Positions 58,096 to 64,000 of a stretch of DNA of 64,000 nt are shown piece by piece (within the stretch, counting starts at the first letter, position 1; each line of letters begins with the position of its first letter). Under the pieces are notes generated by a model. That model searched no databases and had not been told where the DNA came from. It saw nothing but the letters and a program-made list of their open reading frames with translations. The position numbers were made by a program, and so were the translations under genes. The DNA comes from Paraspadella gotoi (taxonomy: Eukaryota; Animalia; Chaetognatha): assembly GCA_051294375.1 (NCBI GenBank), contig CM119263.1, positions 13,842,414 through 13,906,413 on the forward strand, read 5' to 3'.

Positions 58096-59741
58096 ATGAA
58101 TCTACAGACTGTTTTGGCGGCCATAATGTTGTTTTGGTCAAGCTTGTATATGGTTGACCTTTGGCTGCGTTCCAGCGCTCGATTCGCCATCACTTACTTG
58201 TCCACCATGGATCTCCTGGGCCTATCGGTGCACGCTGCTCAAGCGCGATGGTACACGACGCGTTTCAACCGCAGCTTCTTACGGTTGTCTCAGTGGCGTC
58301 CTCGCCTTTGGAGATTTTGGTTCGGCGCCGGTGCCCTCTCCGGCGTTTTTCTTGGTCTCATCGCTACCATAGTTCTCTCACGCGTCTTAATAGACGGCGT
58401 AAACGGAATTCTCTCCCAACATTTCTTCGCGGAATCGACGCCGACTTTTGCGGCAAAAGCGACTTCGCAATCACCGCCGTTGTTGACGCCAGTCCTGCCT
58501 GGGGTCAATCTCCCCGCCGATCAAATCGGGTGAGTTCAAAGATTACCGTTTACGAATTTACGCAATGCTTCTACTGTAGGTTTTAAATACGTTTTTTTAT
58601 ATGCAGCTACTACCTCCTTACGCTCTTTTTCTGCGGAGTGGTTCATGAATTGGGACACGCCGTCGCTGCCAACGCATGCTCTGTCCGCGTGAACGGCGTA
58701 GGGGTTTTCATAACCCTTTTCTACCCTGGTGCCTTCGTCGATATGAACTCAGAATCGCTTCAAATCGTTTCTGCTTTTCGTCAGCTCAAGATATACTGCG
58801 CCGGCGTGTGGCACAACATCGTCGTAGTGGTGCTAGCCCTCGGCTATCTCTACATGGGATCTTTTTTGCTGTCTCCGCTATATGCAAGTGGGGATGGTGC
58901 TGTGGTTTCTGGCGTGGCCCCTCTTTCAGTCTTATCCGGCCCCCGTGGCTTGCACAAAGGCGACGTGGTTACCAAGTTATCCGACTGCATCGTCACATCG
59001 TCCTCTGATTGGCGGCATTGTTTGCTGAACCAGACTCGATTGCCGGCTAACGAGGTGCCGGGTTACTGCGTCCCAGTCGGCTTCATTGCTCAACACCAAT
59101 TCCAAGTTCGCCCAGTCTTTCACGAGGCTTCTAATTCAACTTCGTCTTTGTCAGAATGCTGCGACTCCAATCATACTATTAAGGACCTTTGCTTTTTATA
59201 TCGTGCTAAGGAGTCTCCGGGGTCATCCCTCTCCAGCTATTTCGCCTGTTTGCCGGCGCGATCCGTTTCCGAACGTCTTTCGTGCCGCACCAACGCCGAC
59301 TGCGCCGTGGGTCGAAGATTTAAAGACGTTGCTAAGAACGTTTGCGTTTTTCCATCGATTGACAATCGCACGAGACTCTTGCGCGTTGTAAGGCCACCCC
59401 ACTCACCCATTCTTTTTCTCGGCAACCCGTTAGAGCTGCGCGTCGGGGTCAGTGTCGTGGACATGCGCCCGAGATTCTCGCTTATCCCAATGGACGCGCC
59501 TGAAGTATTAGAGTTGTGTTGCAAGTATTTGGCGTCCTTGTCAGGGGCGCTGGCATTACTTAACGTTGTCCCCTGTTATGCCTTGGATGGACAATACATT
59601 TTTGCAGCGGTTGTAGATCTCGTGTTTCCGGCCGCACGGTTTTCTCGAACGTTTCGTGACGCTTTGTATTATTTTGGTATATTGGGCGGAACTTTTATAA
59701 TTTTCGGCAACGTATTGTTGGCTTTCTATAATCTCAGTTAG
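58096..59741 (+). CDS. MBTPS2: Site-2 protease (membrane-bound transcription factor peptidase, M50), 522 aa; exons 58096-58529 and 58607-59741
   Basis: PVLPGVNLP, zinc motif HELGH, AGVWHN, PDZ-like region with Cys-rich insert, and NVVPCYALDG. Phase-2 intron GG|gtgagt...atgcag|C. Confidence 0.96.
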
Positions 59742-59984
59742 CATATGGAAGTACCGAATCCGCATTGTTCCATTATTAGATGTCGCTGTTAAATTTCCTC
59801 GCGTTTTATCTTATTTTTTTTAATGTTGACTTTCTTATTTATACAGCGACCACAAGAAGTTGCCTCAGGAGAAACTGAATATTCATAATTGCATGCAGTT
59901 AAAAAATGAACCAAATTTTCGCGTGTGATTTTATTATTCTTTACTGTGATTGATAATCCCTCTCGAGAAACTACGATTTCCACC

Positions 59985-62964
59985 ATGTTTTGGAAATTCA
60001 ATCTTCTCACGTCATCCAAAATCGATTCTCTTTTAGAGAAAGAAGACATTACGTTGAAGGTAAAAATTTTCACCGTAATTTAGTAAACCTCACTCGGCCG
60101 GAACCACTTGACTTTAACTCTTGACTCCCAAGCTCTCATTTTAAAATAAGAGCAAATACGAAGTTTTAAATGGAAATAAATTTTTTAATTTCAATTTTCG
60201 TCCTACAGGAATTGATGGAAGAGGAGGACATTCTGCAAGAATGTAAAGCGCAGAATAAGAAACTCGTTGATTTTTTGTCGAAGAAAGAATCATTGGAACA
60301 ATTGATGAATTTAATCGTCAAAGAACCGGGCGAGGATGAAGACGAGAAAGTCCGATACAAGTAAGACTTTTCTTTTTATTTATTGTCGATTTCAATCCTA
60401 AATTAAAAAAAATGTATTCAACACTCGTCCTCCCCACATAATCATGAGTCGACTCAGATAAGTCGACTAACTCTTACTCTCACTTGAAATAGGTACCCCA
60501 ACATCGCGTGTGAATTGCTGACATCTGACGTGAATCAAATAAACGATTCACTTGCTGACAGTTCGGAATTGTTGAATCAACTCTACGCCTTTCTCGAGAT
60601 TGACTCGCCCCTCAATCCGCTCCTTGCTTCTTTCTTTTCCAAAGTCATGGGCCTCCTTATAACAAGAAAACCTGACGTTTTTGTGAACTTTCTCAAAGAA
60701 CGTGGCAAGGAGACGTTAATACCTCAGGTATGTCTTTTTAGTTTGTTTGTCAGATAATAGCTGCAAACTTGAATTATTTAAAACCTTTTTTTTCAGATTC
60801 TGCATCACCTTTCGACTTCGGCAATCATGGACCTCCTTCTCCGAATAGTGACGTGCATTGAATCGCCGCCCTTGAGGTTGTCGATGCTGGAATGGCTCAA
60901 CGATCAGGTTTGCCACTGGATTTATGATACCTTTTTTCCCTAGTGCCGCTCTTTTCAGGTCGTGCTAATAAGCAAGCCCCTATCGTTTCTTGCCTGTCAC
61001 AATAGCTGATTCGATCGTAATTTTTTTCAGAACCTAGTCAGAAAACTCGTCGGACTGATCGACGTTCAGGTCGACGAGGAAAGGCAATACAATTCGGCTC
61101 AAGCCCTCAGCGACATCGTCAGACTATCTCGGGAACAGATGTCGCAGATGCAGGTAAGAAATGGATAAGTCTGCCGCTCGACAACTAGATTACAGTATAC
61201 CTTTTACTAGATATGAAAAATCCTCCAGGACAAAGCGGACCCAGACCCTTTGCTGGCGGCCATAGAGTCTCAGGACACTGTGGAGCATCTCCTTTCTCAT
61301 ATCATTCACGACGAAGAAAAAACAGCGACTTCGGAGTCAAGGGGTGAAGCTGACCACACCGCACATTCAAATGACCTTGGTCAGTTGACAATGTTTTATG
61401 CAGCTGTGACTTAGCTTCGCTTTCAACAACATTAACGTAACTTGACGTGACGTTAAGACTTTATTACTCACTTTTTCCCCGTTTCCTTACTTGTTCTCTA
61501 GTTTTTGTAATTTAATTTGTTCTTTCTTATGTGTGACAAATCTTTAGTTCTCAAGATTTTTATCGTCGCAAACGCTAAGTGATAAAAATCTTTAAAAGTA
61601 TTGTAACGCTTTTGCGCATAAGTGGCGTAGTCGTCGTCGTCGGCGTTCCAAATTATAGATCGCCTTTTTTATGATTAAATTTGGGTGTATGAAGCTGAAA
61701 ATTTATATACAGCTTCTCGTCATCGATGTGCTTAAAATTGAGTCTGGACAGTTATTAAATGTTTTGTTTATGTTTTATCAAAACAAACAAATTTTCTTTC
61801 TTTTATTTTTATATTTCTTTTTCTCTCTCTTTTCTCTTTTAATTACATGTCTCTTCCCTCTCTCTTTTCCCTAGTCACTGATTCATAGGGGGAAAAAAAC
61901 GAGTCTGCAGCTGGCTCTGCAGGGGCTTATTCTTTTTTTATCTTTTCTGCTGCTGCCTTTTGATTTTTCTTTTTTCTCTTTCTCTGCGTTTTTATTTAAA
62001 AAAAAAAAAATTAGGATTGAACTCGTAAAATTAGGCATCGCATTCGTGCATGTTATCATTTTGCTATTGTAACATCAGGTTTTTATTCCGTTTTTTTTTC
62101 TTAGGGACTGCGTCTGGTGATCAGTTAATTTTTTGACAATGAAAAAGTTTTTTTGTTTTTTTGTTTTTTTTTTCAGAAACTGTAACTTTTCTTCCGTACT
62201 TAATTTTTTTATTTATTGACAATCGCAAAATAGAATTTTTTTTTCTGTTTATAAATTAATTTTCTTTTCTTAAATTTTTTTTCTCAAGGGCTGCGTCTGC
62301 TGATCAGTTTCTTTGACAATGACAAATTTTTTTTTTTTAGAAATTTAACTTTAATTTTCCTCAGTACTTTATTATTTTTTTAATTGACAATCGCAAAATA
62401 TAATTTTTCTTTGTTTATAATTTAATTTTCTTTTCTCGAATTTTATTTTTTTTAGAATCAAAATTTGTCGTCAATCCAGATTTTTCTTATGCGATTGCGA
62501 AGATCCTTATGCTTTTAAGATTTTTTTTTTTAGAGAATCGAACGAGTATCGCGAAGGTAGATAATATCGAAAGGAGACGCAACGAGGATCAGGCTGTGAT
62601 CAACGGAGTTTCCGTCATTTTAGCGCTGTTAGAATTTAAGAAGCCATCGCAAGATAACTCGGAGCAGGTTGTTTATTATTTGGTGAAAACTTTCAGAAAC
62701 TTTCCGATTACTGCTTCTATTATATATAAAAAAAATTATTTTTGACTCCTTTTATGGAAGAAATGGTGTTCTTTTTAAAAAAATATTCAACTTATGCTAT
62801 TTATTAATTTTAGTTGACGCAACTCGACGCGGAGAGACTTGCTCATGGAGTAAGCAATGTCCTGTTGGCGCTTCAGCCCCGGCTAAAAGATATTCAGGAT
62901 CTTCTTCGACTAGAACCACCCCCTTCTTCTCCAGCTGGACTGGACCTCATTCAAGCGGAGACAG
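59985..62964 (+). CDS. PPP6R3: Protein phosphatase 6 regulatory subunit (SAPS domain), 5' part. Exons: 59985-60059, 60209-60360, 60493-60727, 60797-60907, 61031-61153, 61229-61379, 62534-62667, 62814-62964; continues beyond the window
   Basis: [48 protein letters not shown]...[16 protein letters not shown]...[12 protein letters not shown]...[10 protein letters not shown]. Kozak-like CACCATG and consistent GT-AG phases. The symbol stands for the PPP6R1/2/3 family. Confidence 0.95.
61558..62532 (+). mobile_element. HINE/DINE-1-like element, second family, longer copy, in PPP6R intron 6
   Basis: Same 5' core and same 3' ~110 bp as 57268-57672; internal ~185-bp duplication (AGGG.CTGCGTCTG.TGATCAGTT at ~62103 and ~62287). 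Confidence 0.8.
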
Positions 62965-63051
62965 GTGAATCATAAACAATGTCACAAATCAATCCAAAAA
63001 AAATCATATGGTAAAAAAAAAATGGAGGGTTTTCAATTGATATTTCTAAAA

Positions 63052-63948
63052 CTATTCTTTTAAATGGTATGGTGGTCTTTCGCTTGCTGCGTTTCCACAG
63101 TAGCAGTCGTCGCATTTGGTATATTTTTTCCCGAATTGCTTTCCTCCGCTAACCTGGGTTTAAACGTAAAATTATGGATTTAGGCAATATCTGATGATTT
63201 TGTGATTATTACCTCCATGCTTTCCGTTATGTATCGCTTTGGTATTCTTTGATCTAACTGAATAGCGGGCTCAACTTTTTTGACTACGTGATCGCACTTT
63301 TGCTGCAAGTGAAAGCAAATGCATCAGTGAGAATACAAATTTAATCCATTACTCGGTCAATAATCAAGGAATGATCCAACAAATTCTGGACTACAGTATC
63401 CTTTTTGTAATTATTTCAGTTATCGGAATTTGGAATTTTTTTCTCACCTGACAACACGGCTGCACCTCGCCCGCATGCGTAATCTCTATGAGCTGAGGAT
63501 GATCTTTATATTTCGAGTTATATTCTGTCTTGTATGCTATGCAGGGAAGTTGAATGACACTTTTGCGATCGGGTTCGTGTGGCCATAGTTCATCAGGATT
63601 ATAATGACGACGTTCTTTAAATGGAGCTGGATCCTGGTTAAGAAATGTCAGCAGTGGGTATTTTCGACTTCAGATGTTTTTTTAAGCGCTCACCTTCATG
63701 ACTTTTTCCTTGTCAGGTCCATATATAGGTAAGTTTTCAACCTTTGGCTTGTCAGCCGGAATGGCGTCCTCCTTAAAATCTTGAGGACGATAGCGCTGTC
63801 GTTCTTGCTGAGAATATCGCTTGTAGGCAAGACTGTAAACGGAATTGTACGGGTCGAGTAGTTTTGTGACACTCAAATCGTTGTTATGCTTTGAGAGACC
63901 ACTGAATGGAATGTCTCTATCTTCTTTGTGAAAAACACTTTTGTTCTC
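63052..63948 (-). CDS. Nested antisense gene of unknown product (3' four exons: 63948-63694, 63633-63448, 63302-63213, 63153-63052); 5' end outside the window
   Basis: Four stop-free exons joined by three short phase-0 GT-AG introns (gtgagc..accag, gtgaga..tgcag, gtaata..cccag), ending in TAG. 210 aa: ENKSVF...DPYNSVYSLAYKRY...KTEYNSKYK...YITESMEVSGGKQFGKKYTKCDDCYCGN...YHLKE*. Confidence 0.8.
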
Positions 63949-64000
63949 CTGAAGAAAAATGGTTTCGAAGATAAATTCTTTTGGAGAACTGGGCCTAAGT

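Overview
AT-rich, intron-containing animal DNA (probably an invertebrate bilaterian; GT-AG introns, many microsatellites, CpG-rich exons). From left to right the window holds: (1) a heavily frameshifted Ty3/Gypsy pol region (1-3.0 kb) with a possible 3' LTR; (2) a minus-strand multi-exon gene (about 4.4-10.7 kb) for an unusual XK-related (Xkr scramblase family) membrane protein, apparently with two XK domains in tandem and a C-terminus carrying DxxD motifs and a PDZ-type end (SYV*); (3) about 28 kb of non-coding DNA with CRE clusters, several perfect EGR binding sites and Helentron/HINE-like, SINE-like and other repeats; (4) a large EGR/Krox/stripe zinc-finger gene (8 in-phase exons, about 1256 aa, plus a probable upstream exon with no AUG); (5) an intronless asparaginase-ankyrin gene (ASPG); (6) a very tight same-strand cluster RPP14 - MBTPS2 - PPP6R with 57 nt and 243 nt gaps, suggesting a bicistronic, operon-like or shared-first-exon arrangement; (7) a four-exon antisense gene nested in a PPP6R intron. 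All gene models were built by hand from splice signals and frame continuity, and family assignments come from remembered motifs, not database searches.
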